DNA of 64,000 nt from Octopus vulgaris (Eukaryota): contig OX597838.1 of NCBI GenBank assembly GCA_951406725.2, positions 24,924,001-24,988,000 of the forward strand, in the 5' to 3' direction. Position numbers and translations under genes: made by a program. Within the stretch, counting starts at the first letter, position 1, and the number at the start of each line of letters is the position of its first letter. The notes under the pieces are model-generated. The model was not told the origin of the DNA, did not search any database, and worked only from the letters and a program-made list of their open reading frames with translations. Of this stretch, positions 22,017-35,321 are shown in pieces.

Positions 22017-24230
22017 TTTAGTGTACAACACTTTCTACAGCCAGGTCCTTTCCAGTTGCCAACACTCGTGTTCACACACACACACGTGCATATACACACA
22101 TCAGGCTTCCTTCAGTTTTTGTCCACTAAGTCCACTCACAAGGTTTTGGTTGACCTGAAGCCATAAAAGACGACACTTGCCCCCAAGGTGCCATGCAGTG
22201 GTACTGAACCTGAAACCCTATTGGTTGGATAGCGAAAATATGTGGCACATCTAGAAATGCCTTGCAATGCACCAGTGCACTGTGGGCAGACTCTTTGCAA
22301 TCCTCTGTGATACTGTCTCAAGTGTGGAGCATAAGTGCCCTTAAGTTTAATCCTTTAGCAGTTAAACTAGCCATATCCAGGCTAAATATGCTACCAGATC
22401 CAGCCTATCACACCTACCCTTCAATGCCACTATAAAATATACAATCTCAAAATTTCTAAGCAACAAAACTTGCAACTGTCAAGTCATGACCATTTTTTAC
22501 CAATACTAAGGCCTGCATTCTGTTCTTTTCTCATGGCTGTGTTTCTCTCATTCTTTCTTTCTTTCTCTCTCACTCTCTCTCTCCATATCCCTCCCCAAAT
22601 GCAACCCCCCCCTCTCTTCTCAGTTTATTCTGCTTTGTGCTCTTCAGTTTCATCAACCCAATACAATGGCAAAATTCCATATTGAAATACCATGTAAAAT
22701 ACTCTGGAGTAAGGGGGTGTCAGTGGTGGTGGTGGCATTGGTGCAAGGGTGACGATGGTGGTGGCGTTAGGGTGGCGATGGCATGAGGGTGGTGATGGTA
22801 CATCATCATTCTCTACTTGTGGGTAATAAAGAAATAGGTACATCATAATTCTCTATTAAATGTGTTTAGCAGGAGAAAAATACTGGAAAACATCAATACA
22901 TGTTAGAGTGATAGAAACAAGGAAAGTATTAGGTGGTCATAAGATGTGCTAGAAATAACAGTTAAATTGCCCGTAAATGACATATCAAAAAAAAAAAATT
23001 TTTTTTTTTTTGCACAATCGTAGGAGTTCCTTTGTGTAGAACACAAACTCACATTTTCTGAAAATTCCCCAAAAAATATTTAAAAAAGTTGCGGGGTTAT
23101 AGGGGGTTCTTAAACCAGAATTCTGCCAAGAAACTAACTTTACAGCTAGGATAAAAAAATACAAAAAAAATAACGACCCCTTGAACATCATCACCATCAT
23201 TCTGAAAGGATTTCGGATCCAAACAAACAAACCAGTACATCATGTGACACTTGTCTGTTATCCCCTCCTTGTAGAATCGGTGCCATCCACACCCCTATCC
23301 CAACTACACTTCCACAGCTCTCAAAAAATGCAAAGGAATTTCGCTCTCACTGAAATGATTGGCCTGCCCAAAGAAGAAATAAAAGCCAAAGTATTGGCGC
23401 CTACAAAGTCGTTCTCCATTGCCAGCACCGGTGCCCCCCATCCTGCTCCACCAGGATACTGAATGGTCTTTGGATGGTTGACTGGTTGGTTGGTTTGCTG
23501 GCTGGTTGGGTTATATTTAGCAACACACCCTTTCTAACAAAGTCATTTCATACGCGTACAGTTTATATAAAGAACATTTGAAATAAAAAGGTTATCGACC
23601 CATCACTTTCCATCACCCCATTTCTACACGCGCATACACACACACAAATAGATGTACATCTATACATTTATATATATTTGTATACACATACATGTGTGTG
23701 TGTGTGTATCTATCTATCTATCTATCTATCAATATATATATATAAATATATCTTTTATTTGTTTCGGTCATTTGACGGTGGCCATGCTGGAGCACCGCCT
23801 TTAGTCGAGCAATCGACCCCAGGACTTATTCTTTGTAAGCCTAGTACTAATTCTATCAGTCTCTTTTGCCAAACCGCTAAGTTATGGGGACGCCAACACA
23901 CCAGCATCGGTTGTCAAGCAATGGCTGGGAGACAAACACAGGCACACAAACATACACACACATATATACACACGACCGGTTTCTTTCAGTTTCCATCTAC
24001 CAAATCCACTCACAAGGCTTTGGTTGGCCCAAGGCTATAAAAGAAGACACTTGCCCAAGGTACCACGCAGTGGGACTGAACCCGGAACCATGTGGTTGGT
24101 AAGCAAGCTACTTACCACGCAGCCACTCCTGCGCCTATATATAATATATCTGTGTGTGTGTGCATATATATGTCTATACATGTATGTATATATATGTTTA
24201 TATATATGTTTGTATATATATTCATAAGCA

Positions 24231-24285
<55 letters not shown>

Positions 24286-24559
24286 ATCTTCATAAAGTGC
24301 AAGTACCATTGACAAATATTCCAGTTATTTGATCAACAGATTAATCCACTTATTAAATTAGAGTCATACATAGATGCATACAGAGAAACTTGCAGACATA
24401 TGCAAAGAGACAGACACCCGCCATACACACACATGTCCACAACCATACGTATACATCCATACACACATGACCATGTTTTTGTCTTGGTTATCTTTCTGAA
24501 GTAGAGTTGACCCCTTCAATATGTGAGAGGAGACCAGAATATTATGTATACAGGCTCAC

Positions 24560-24627
24560 CCACTCCTTGTTTGTCTTATCAACTTCTGCAGCAGGGTGTG
24601 GCAGGGTTGGCTTGTCTCCTTCTCCAT
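24560..24627 (-). CDS. Candidate alternative first coding exon of LIMK (MEKETSQPCHTLLQKLIRQTRSG)
   Basis: GCA ATG G start context; 68-nt frame ending GG|GTGAGC, phase 2; long polypyrimidine acceptor ...ATCTCTTTAG| with exon start at 24662. Confidence 0.5.
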
Positions 24628-25369
24628 TGCCAGAGTGGCTGCAGTAAGTCACTGGATAGGAACTAAAGAGATATTTTGGAGTTTGGAGGGAGAGAGGAGA
24701 GGTAAAGAGTTTGCGGATTGTGGGGAGAGAGAGAGAGAGAGAGAATGAGAGATGTTATTAGAAAGTGAGAAAGAGTGTTGTGTGAGAGAAAAAAAATTGA
24801 GATGAATCACAGAGGGAGAGAGAGGAGAGAGGAAGAGAGGGAGAGAGAGAGGGAGGGAGGGAGGGAGGGAGGGAGGGAGGGAGAGAGAGGTGAGAAGGGA
24901 GGAGAGATAAAGAAAGAATGGAAGATGTACCAGATAGTAGGAGAAAGAGATGCATCAAAGAGAAAGATGTATCAGAAGAGAGAGACAGAGAGAGAGACTG
25001 TACCAGAAGACAAAAAGATGTTGGTGTGTGTGTGTGTGTGTGTACCAGAAGAGAGATAGAGAGAGATTTAGAAGAGATGCCAGTCATGTGCATTGAAGTG
25101 TGAATGAGTAGCAACAAGGAACTGAAGTGGTGACCCCCCCTCCCGGAAAGACTTAGAAAGAGAAGGAATAGGGATAGAATAAAGAGAAAGAAAGAAGGAA
25201 AAAAAAAGGACAGAACCATCTAGAGAGAAAGAAACCTTTAGTTGTGATAAAAAAAAATATGGAGGAGCCAAAGAGTTTAAGGGTGGGGGGGAAGAGGGTA
25301 GATGTAGAGACATGATGTCTATCAATCTCTGAGAGAATATATACATTTTCTGTATATGCTGCTACATCA

Positions 25370-25439
<70 letters not shown>

Positions 25440-25470
25440 TACACACACAAGCACATATACACACACACAC

Positions 25471-25531
<61 letters not shown>

Positions 25532-25695
25532 CATATACACCCATGCATACACACAAACATATAGACACATATGTACATACATACACACATATATATATAC
25601 ATGTGCACATACACACACACGCACATACACACACACATATATACACACACGCACATACACATATATATATATATATATATACACACACACTCACG

Positions 25696-25733
<38 letters not shown>

Positions 25734-26272
25734 GCATAAACCTTTACTGAAAACAGCCAAAAGAAATTAATCATATTATAATCAGCTTCCTTCTGTCTCC
25801 TTGAATCTTACTTTGAGTTCTATGTTCTATATTGCACCATTCCTGAAAAAATGAAGTGTGTTTTATGTGTGTGTGTGTGTGTGTGTGTGTGGTGGGGGGG
25901 GGGGGGCGAGCAATGCATGCACAATCACACGCACCCAACTGGAATGCTTTTGCCCATCACTGTCAGCATTTGGTGACTCTCGTCGCAATTGATACTATTA
26001 CTGCTCCCAGAGAAGCTCGACAAGATTCCGCATTACTATGTCATGATAACACGAATGCTTCACATTTCATATCCTGATTCTTCATCAGGATGGATGAGTG
26101 AGAGAGAGAGACAGAGCATGTAACTCCTTCCACTGGCTGCTTGATCTACGTCTCCAAAGGACAAATGAGGATGCTAGCTAGGGCTTGCCCTAAAAGCTGT
26201 GTCAGGAATATCCAACCTTATGTTGGTTGCTACACAGTTTGAGATGTTAAAATTTTTTGCAAGATTTTGTTG

Positions 26273-26903
26273 TTTTTGGAGCCTTAAAGGAAATGACTTT
26301 ATCTTTGAGCCAAACAAGAGAACCAGTTCAATTTGTTTGTTCAGTTTTGGAGCCTTATAGGAAATGCTTTTATCTCTGAGCCAAGCAAGAAAACCAGTCC
26401 AATTTGTTTGTTCAGTTTTGGAGCCTTATAGGAAATGCCTTTATCTCTGAGCCAAACAAGAGATCCAGTTCAATTCTTGTGGTCAGATTTGGAGCCTTAT
26501 AGGAAATGCCTTTATATTTGAGCCAAACAAGAGATCCAGTCCAATTTGTTTGTTCAGTTTTGGAGCCTTATAGGAAATGCCTTTATCTCTGAGCCAAACA
26601 AGAGATCCAGTTCAATTCTTGTGGTCAGATTTGGAGCCTATAGGAAATGCCTTTATCTCTGAGCCAAACAAGAGAACCAGTTCCATTCTTGTGGTCATTT
26701 TTGGAGCCTTATAGGAAATGCCTTTATATTTGAGCCAAACAAGAGATCCAGTCCAATTTGTTTGTTCAGTTTTGGAGCCTTATAGGAAATGCCTTTATGT
26801 CTGAGCCAAGCAAGAAAACCAGTCCAATTTGTTTGTTCAGTTTTGGAGCCTTATAGGAAATGCCTTTATCTTTGAGCCAAACAAGAGAACCAGTCCAATT
26901 CTT
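26273..26903. repeat. 71-bp minisatellite, about 9 copies
   Basis: GGAGCCT recurs at 26278, 26349, 26420, 26491, 26562, 26633, 26703, 26774 and 26845. Confidence 0.97.
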
Positions 26904-27907
26904 TGGGATATTCTGTCATCGGAGACAAATAAAGAAAATGGGGAGGGTATAGATTAAGGAAATGTTGACATGGAGGACAGGAATAAGGAGATGAAGAAAG
27001 AAAAGAAAAAAGCGTAAAAATTCACAGTTCAACTTTCCGATCTTGTAAAAATAAGACATCAAGATGGATGGATGCATATATTTATATACACGCAGGTATC
27101 TGGAAAGTAAATACACACCATTTTGGAAAGACTTATTTCAAGAAACAAAATGTCATTTGATGCGTTTAAATACTTAATCTAGTACTTAGTAGACATGCCA
27201 AGTGCATAAGACAAGTTTGAAGTATCAGGCAGCATCCACTGATGAACCGTTATGAGGAGGGGTGTCGATATTTTTGAGAGGTCTATGGAATTATGCAGGC
27301 ATGTAATGTTTGTATACATATATATATATATTTTTTTTTATTTAACTAGTTTCAGTTAGTTGACTGTGGCCATGCTGGAGCACTACCTCAAATTGTTTTA
27401 GGCAAAAAAAATCAACCCCTGGACTATTTTATTTCAAAGTCTAGTACTTATTCTATAGTTCTCTTGAGTTGAACCGCTAAGTTACAGGAACGTAAACACA
27501 CCAACACCAGTTATGTGGGGGACAAACACAAACACATCATCATCATCATATATATATATATATACAACAGGCTTCTTTCAGTTTCCGTCAGCCAAATCCA
27601 CTCGCAAGGCTTTGGTCAGCTCGAGGCTATAGTAGAAGACGCTTGTCCAAAGTGCCCGGAACCATGTGGTTGGGAAGTAAGCTTCCTACCACACAGCCAC
27701 GCCTGTGTCTATATATATATATATATGTACATGCAGTGATATTTACCAATGGATGGATTGATGTGTATATAGATATACACAGTCAGGAGTAGCAATAGCT
27801 TGTAAAGCAACTAGATTGAGAGTAATGAGCTTGTTTACAGTAAAAACATAGAATAAATACCAAGGATTTAATATCATGAGTGTGCAAAAGATTTAAGAAC
27901 ATGTATG

Positions 27908-27938
<31 letters not shown>

Positions 27939-29834
27939 ACACATGTGTTTGTGTGTGTGGATGTAATGGCTAATCTTCAAGTAATTCTAAATAATAAGAT
28001 TATCAGTTTGTATGACAAAACTGAAAATGATGAGGATTTATGTTGACTGGTTCAGCACAACACAAGGCCATTTTAGTAAGAAGAGTTCATAAGCAATTGC
28101 AATTGAACTTTAATACACACACACACACACACAGATATATATATATATATATATATACACATCAGAGTAAGCACATAAATGTTTATCATTTGTGATACAT
28201 CATTTAACATCCATTGTCCATGCAGGCAAGCTGGAAGGCTGCACCAGACTCCAGTCTGATTTGGCAAGGTTTCTATGGCTGGATGCCCTTTCTTACGTCA
28301 ACAACTCAGAGTGTAATGGATGCTTTTACTTGCCACTGGCACAGGTGCCAATTGCATGACACCAGTATCTGCCGGGTTTGTGATTTTACTTAGCTTCATG
28401 GGTCTTCTTCTTAAGCATGCCGTAGCACCAACAAAGGTCTCAGTTATTTGTCATTGCCTCCATGAGGCCCAACACTTGAAAGAAGCTTCTCATGTGTCAC
28501 TTGGCATCGGCCACTTGCCACCGGCATTGACAGGAAATATTTCCCTGGTGTCTATGCATGATATATTACACCATTCCTGAAAAAATGAAGTGTGTTTTAT
28601 GTGTGTCTGTGGAGGGGGGCGAGCAATTTTTTTTTTTCAATCATTAGGGTAATTTGGGTTTTATGAAAGGCAAATATATCATCATTGTCTTTTAACATCT
28701 GTTCTCCATGCTTGCATGGGTTGGACGGCCTGATAGGGGTTGACCAGACTCCATTTGTCTGCTTTGGCATGGTTTTTACAACTGGATACCCTTCCTAAAG
28801 CTAACCACTTTACAGAGTGTACTGGGTGCTTTTATGGGGCAGCAGCACACACACACCTTATAGTCCCCAGGTCAACCAAAGCCATGTGAATGGATTTGGT
28901 GGACAGAAACTGACAGTTGACTGTGGACATCCAGGAGCATTGCCTTAAAGGGGGTTTTTAGTTGAATAAATTCACCCCAGGACTTTGTAAACCTAGTACT
29001 TATCCTATCTGCCTCTTTTGCCGAACCGCTAAGTTATAGGGATGTAAACACACTAACATAGATTGTCAACCATTGGTAGGAGGACAAACACACACATATA
29101 TATATATATATGACAGGTTTCTTTCAGTTTCCATCTACCCAAGGTGCCATGCAGTGGGACTGAACTGGGAAGTATGTGGTTGATATATATCATCATCATC
29201 ATCGTTTAACGTCCGTTTTCCATACTAGCATGGGTTGGACAGTTCAACTGGGGTCTGGGAAGCCAGAAGGCTGCACCAGGCCCAGTCTGATCTGGCAGTG
29301 TTTCTACAGCTGGATGCCCTTCCTAACGCCAACCACTCCGTGAGTGTTGTGGGTGCTTTTTACGTGCCACCTGCACAGGTGCCAGACGAGGCTGGCAAAT
29401 GGCCACGATCGGATGGTGCTTTATAGTATATACATACATACACACACATCAGTTCCTGTCTACCAAATTTAATCACATGTATGCATGTGTTACTTCTCCT
29501 TGACATTACATATGATAGTTGTCACCATTATGCAAGTGATGCCTTAGATTTCAGTCTTCTAAGAAAACATGTCTGGTATAGGGAGAAGACACTACCTTAT
29601 TTGGAAGCAAATGAAGGCTGACGACAGGAAGAGCATCCAGCTGTGGAAAATCAGCCCCAACAAATGCCATCCAAACCATGCAAGCATAGAAAAGTCGACA
29701 TTAAAATGATGATGATGATGATAACAGTGATAATGATAAAATGATTCATTGGTCTAAATCACAAATCTGTAAACCTTTTAAGCTGTCAGTTTCATTTCAC
29801 CCTACGTATAGTTGTCACGAGATATTTCGTGCAG

Positions 29835-30365
29835 GCAGTGGCTCTCATAACTTCTGATCTCAACTGATTGGGAGTGTTATCATGTACATTGTTTTGTCTT
29901 GGTATAGAAGATGGGCTACAGCAAATATTCTGCTCAATACCACAGATTTGCTTGTCAGTTGTTTGCTCTTAACCAGTTGAGCATGTCCCTTAGTGGTTGA
30001 CGATATGTGCATCTCTGATCACGAGCAGAAGTAGTTGGGGAGCATCACAGCCATGTGTTGAGAGGAATTCTTTGGGGTTTAAATAATTCACCACTGGAAA
30101 CACTGGTGTTTTATTCAACATCCTTAAACAACCCTTATTCAGGGATCATTTGAGTGGGATGGGCTACTTGACCTGAAGAAAATTCTAACAGAGCCTCACT
30201 TGCAAAGTCATGTGCTGTTTACCTTGATATGAGATCACCATGTAGAGCACCTACATTTGTGATGCAAGTGCCTAGTGTACCCTTATCAGATGGGTTTACT
30301 GGGCTTCATATATTTTACTCCAGTGTCACTTTGATGTCATGCACTGCTCTCTCTCACTCAATAAT
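29835..30365 (+). mobile_element. 3' fragment of a non-LTR element ending CTCTCACTC(AAT)n (Dong/R4-like); second copy at 35350-35620
   Basis: The two copies share CATAGCCATGTGTTGAGAGG...TACCCTTATCAGA...GCTCTCTCACTCAATAAT; the second sits inside a (TAA)n tract. Confidence 0.55.
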
Positions 30366-30703
30366 CATCATCATCATCGTTTAACATCTGTTTTCTATGC
30401 TAGCATGGGTTGGACAGTTTGACCGGGGTCTGGGAAGCCAGGAGGCTGTGCCAGGTTCCAGTCTGATCTGGCAGTGTTTCTACAGCTGGATGTCAATAAT
30501 AATAATAATAATGATAATATTAACAACAATAATCCTCTCTACAATAAGCACAAGGCTTGAAATTTGGAGGAGGGGGCCAGTCGATTAGATCGACCTCAGT
30601 ATGCAACTGGTACTTATTTCATCAACACTGAAAGAATGAAAGGCAAAGTTGTCCACAGTGAAGATTTGAACAACTGTTGTGACATGTTTTTAATAGTTAG
30701 AGG

Positions 30704-30856
30704 CAGGGCTGTGGAATCGAAACAAAAAACTTCAACTGATTTCTCTACTATTGGCACCTCCATCTCTTCTATGTAACTGTGGTCTATTTTACCGACTCCG
30801 ACTCCAGCTGCCCCTTAATTGTTTCTGACTCTGGACACCACGACTCTGACTCAACG
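30704..30856. mobile_element. hAT-type MITE remnant
   Basis: Begins CAGGGCTGTGGAATCG; contains repeated CCGACTCCGACTCC subterminal motifs. Confidence 0.55.
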
Positions 30857-31262
30857 AGGAAAAAGAGGGTGTGGAATAATATTTTAAAGCAACTGTTGAA
30901 AAGCCATTATCAACATCATAGTTTTAATCTTTTATTTTCTAATTATTATTATTGTTGTTTTTTTTTATACTTGTTTCATATATATAGCAAAAGTAGGTAA
31001 AGACCCTCTTCAGTCAAGCATGACCATAGGATTGCACCTAGGAAGTTCCCCCTCTGAGGCACAAGTCTGGGCAAGGTTGTTTATGGAAGACCAATAGGAA
31101 GAAGAAGTGGCTGTGTGGTAAGTTGCTTGCTTACCAACCACATGGTTCCGGGTTCAGTCCCACTGCGTAGAACCTTAGGCAAGTGTCTTCTACTATAGCT
31201 TCGAGTCGACCAAAGCCTTGTGAGTGGATTTGGTAGACGGAAACTGAAAGAAACCTGTCGTA

Positions 31263-31423
31263 TCTCCTATTTTCTCTCCTTGTTTTTTTCTGTGTATCTT
31301 TCTGTAGAAGAGCGTAGGCTTGAAACGTAAAAGACTTTTTCTATTCCTGAGCGCTATACTAATACATCTGTTTGTTTGTACACCACCTGCCTTCGTCTTT
31401 TGTTTATTTTCGTAAACTTTCCC
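31263..31423 (+). mobile_element. Penelope-pLTR-like short element with variant hammerhead motif (31297-31334), nested in a SINE microsatellite
   Basis: TCTTT-CTGTAGA-A-GAGC-GTAG-GCTT-GAAA-CGTA-AAAGA; homologous to 10757-10925 (-) and partly to 845-938 (-). Confidence 0.65.
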
Positions 31424-31471
<48 letters not shown>

Positions 31472-32019
31472 GTATGTGTGTGTGTGTATATGTTTGTATG
31501 TCTGTGTTTGTCCTCCCCAATATTGCTTGACAACCGATGCTGGTGTGTTTACGTCCCTGTAACTTAGCGGTTCGGCAAAAAGAGACTGATAGAATAAGTA
31601 CTAGGCTTACGAAGAATAAGTCCTGGGGTCGATTTGCTCGATTAAAGGCAGTGCTCCAGCATGGCCACAGTCAAATGACTGAAACAAGTAAAAGAGTTGC
31701 CCATACATACCAGCATTCCCTCTCCACCCCACCACTATTATCCTAGAGAAAGGCAGAGGGGCAGATATGGATTGGCACCACTGTCATCACAGCTCATTTC
31801 TACAGCTTGATGAACTGGAGCAACGTGAAATAAAGTTGAGCTGCTCAAGAACACATCACACAGCCTGGTCTGGGAATCGAACTCACTACCTCATGGTTAT
31901 GACCCCGATACTCTAACCAATGAGATATAGTTCAGTGGTTAGAGCTATATATATGTATACACACATGCATGCACCCATGATGGGTCTCTTCCAGTTCCCG
32001 CCTACCAAATCCACACACA

Positions 32020-32210
32020 AGTGACCTGAACAATAATAATAATGATGATAATAATAATAATAATAACATCGAAAAATACCTTGGGAATGAGAACCCAGGT
32101 TCGAAATTTTCTCCAAGACACCTGAAGAAGGCTGGAGGGTATATCAGCCAAAACGTTGTGTTAACAAACAAGATGAGGACAAATATCCGTCGAATGTAAA
32201 TAATGTAAAT
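32020..32210 (+). mobile_element. 5'-truncated hammerhead-bearing element (ribozyme motif 32117-32162)
   Basis: GACAC-CTGAAGA-AGGCTG-GAGGGTATAT-CAGCC-AAAA(G>A)-CGTT-GTGTT. Confidence 0.78.
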
Positions 32211-32548
32211 AAGACAGATAAATAGATAGATACAAATATTGATGGGTAAATGTATAAAGACAGATAGGTAGGAAGGAAGAGAGAGATACAATCATATACA
32301 GGTAGATATAGACAGACGGCTTTTGGTAGATACAGGAGACAAGCAGGTAAGAATATAAACGTGTGTCTGCTACCCCAACATCGCTTGACAAACGATGCTG
32401 GTATGTTTACGTCCTCGTAAAATGAACTAGGATTAATTTTTGCAAGCTAAGGGTTAACAGCGACTTCATGGTCTCGGCGAAGCTGAGCATTGGGGAAATT
32501 TCGAAGTCACTATCAACGTGTTTCGTCCTAAAATGTGATACTCTACAC

Positions 32549-32724
32549 CAGTGCTCCGCAACCTTTTTTTTTCACTTGTGGCATACCTAGATTCTTTTCA
32601 AAATTCGGCGGCTCACCTGAACTAGAAATATAGGGGAAAAATTATATACAGGTGACACTGCGGCACACTTAGCATCGTCTCGTGACACACAAGTGTGCCG
32701 CGACATATCGGATGCGGAGCACCG
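32549..32724. mobile_element. hAT/Charlie-type MITE
   Basis: TIRs CAGTGCTCCGCAACC / GGATGCGGAGCACCG; flanks CTCTACAC and CTCTAAGT (degenerate 8-bp TSD). Confidence 0.75.
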
Positions 32725-33019
32725 CTCTAAGTGCGTGTATTACCGCTTGATTTCACGTTAAGTTATAATAAAAACAATTTTACGTTAAACTGAAGGATTA
32801 TTCGATACTTTTGTAGAATGCAAATTAATCATTCTTTAACAAGAATAGTAATGACAGTAAACGGAGACTACAACATGTGAAGAGCATTGTCGGCCGAAAC
32901 TTCGAAGTACTTGTCAATATGATTCTTGTTAGAGAATATTACGGCATCAAAGCTGCAAAATTATCGCAAAACTGTTATTCAGAGGTTCACATTCGTCGGA
33001 CAGTTTTGTGTGTGCATGC

Positions 33020-33050
<31 letters not shown>

Positions 33051-33311
33051 AATATATATATATATACATACACACATATATATATGCATATATGTACATA
33101 CCTACATATATATGTATATATACATGCATATATGGGTACAGGACATAAAAAAAATACGTTGAACACAATGAGAAACGAAAACAAATATATATGCAGGTAT
33201 GTACATATATGTATGTATATATGCATAGATTTATATATTATTTATATTATTATATGATCGAACGCAACGCAACCTTTTCCATATATATACACACACACAC
33301 ATATATACACA

Positions 33312-33520
33312 CACGAGGGATTGCTTAAAACTTCCTGGCTTTAAAAGTGTCGTGAAAGGCCTGGTTGCAGGACCACCTTCCGAGGATTAAAAAGGGCTTA
33401 AAATGACTGAAGGACTGCTACAATGAGTGTGAAAGTGAGAGGGGAACATGTTGAATAAAATCATAATTAACTGGTTCTCCTGTATTTTCTTTTACCCAAA
33501 AGCCAGAAATATTGAACAAT
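33312..33520 (+). mobile_element. Mariner deletion derivative
   Basis: Left end CACGAGGG...TTCCTGGCTTT, transposase C-terminus-like VKVRGEHVE*, partial right TIR AAAGCCAGAAA. Confidence 0.55.
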
Positions 33521-34263
33521 TTTTCAGTTAATGCTTGAATGTTTTTGATTGTATAAATTAATTATACAAGAAAAAAAAAAGACATTAAATAATGCAGAAT
33601 ATGAGATACAAAAATAGATATATCCCACAGTGTGGGACGAAAAGAGAAAAAGAAAACAAAATAAATAGACTCACCACCACTAGTAATTAACTTGTTAGGG
33701 AGAATGTTTCAGAACGTGTGTATGTATAGGCGTTAATTAAGTTTTGATATTAATTGAAATATATTAAAAAGATCCTGAGCAGTAATTGCTTTCGTCCTCT
33801 GTTTGTGTAGGTCTTAATTCAAAATTCAACGATTTTTTTTAACCTATGAAGTGAAACGGTTTACACCAACGGGAGGCAGAAGAAACAATAGACTTGGTTG
33901 CCTGATTGACAAGACAGAAATCAGTTGAGACGACACGAAATCAACCTGAATGAAATTAGGAGGGGAGAGAGAGAGAGAGAAAAGAGAGCAGATGGGTGAG
34001 TGGTAGAGGGAAAGATCAAGCGACCGAGAGAGAGAGGGAGAAGGAAGAAGGGGAGGGGGTTAGCGGAAGAGAAAGATCTTCTCTGATTAATCCCAACAGC
34101 AATATATGTATTTAAGGAGGCAGGTGTTAAGTGCACTCTACTGCAAGCGTGCCAAGGACGAGGCTGTTCAAAGGCAGCTTTGCTTCGATCTTATTGGAAA
34201 AATTTTAAATAGCCCCCTCCCCCCCCCCACCGCCAACTACCACCACCATTCCACTCACTATCT

Positions 34264-34300
<37 letters not shown>

Positions 34301-35288
34301 ATATATATATTGAATAAAATGCACTCCATTTACAAAATATTATATCTTTAAGGCAGAAGCACGCGGCTTGAGACTCAAAAAGTTCACTATGGAACCGTGG
34401 GGCATGGTTGGTCTCATTGTATAATTCTTTGGACAAGTGCTTGCTGTTACAGCCTCAGGTCGACTGATAAGTGATATATTGTGAATAGAATTGTATTTAT
34501 ACATCGGTTTTTACGACACCCCCACCTTTTTTTTTTACTGGTTTATATATAAAAATATAATTTTTTAATTGTTTACATAATCCTCTTTTAGGGTTTATGA
34601 TCCATCTGGCATGGGTTAAATGATTTGACGAGATCCAACAGCTCTGAGGACTTTGTTATACTTCAATGTTTGCTTTGGAATAATAATAATAATAATAATT
34701 ATAATAATAATAATAATCATTTCTATTATAGGTACAAGGCCTGAAATTTGGGGGAAGGGGGATAGTTGATTAGTACACAACTGGTACTTATTTTATCGAC
34801 CCCGAAAACTTGAAAGGCAAAGTGAACCTCAGCAGAATTTGAACTCAGAATGTACCAACAGACAAAATACTGCTAACAATTCTGCCAGCTCCTTTTTATT
34901 ATAGGCACAAAGTCTGAAATTTGGGGGAAGGGGGCTGGCCAATTACATCAACCCCAGTACTCAACTGGTACTTAGTTTATCGACTCCGAAAGGATAAAAG
35001 GTAAAGTCAACCTCGGCAGAATTTGAACTCAGACTGTAGTGCCTTATTACAATAATAATAATAATAATAATAATCCTTTCTACTATAGGCACAAGACCTG
35101 AAATTTTGGGGGAGGGGACTAGTCGATTACTAGTCAAACACAGTGTGTCATTGGTACTTAATTTATCGATCACAAAAGCATGAAAGGCAAAGTTGACTTC
35201 GACAAAATTTGAACTCAAAAAGTAGAGAGGAGCGAAATACCAATAATCATTTCGTTCAGTGTGCTAATGATTCTGCCAGCCCACCACC

Positions 35289-35321
<33 letters not shown>

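Noticed and set aside
22625-22846. 73-aa proline-rich minus-strand ORF
   Set aside because: Derived from a decayed (GGT)n tract; no splice donor or known motif.
23181-23462. 93-aa + strand ORF with a plausible acceptor at about 23274
   Set aside because: No recognisable homology or partner exons, and antisense to LIMK; left uncalled.
26273-26903. CRISPR-like regular array
   Set aside because: Whole units repeat with no unique spacers, there are no cas genes, and the context is eukaryotic.
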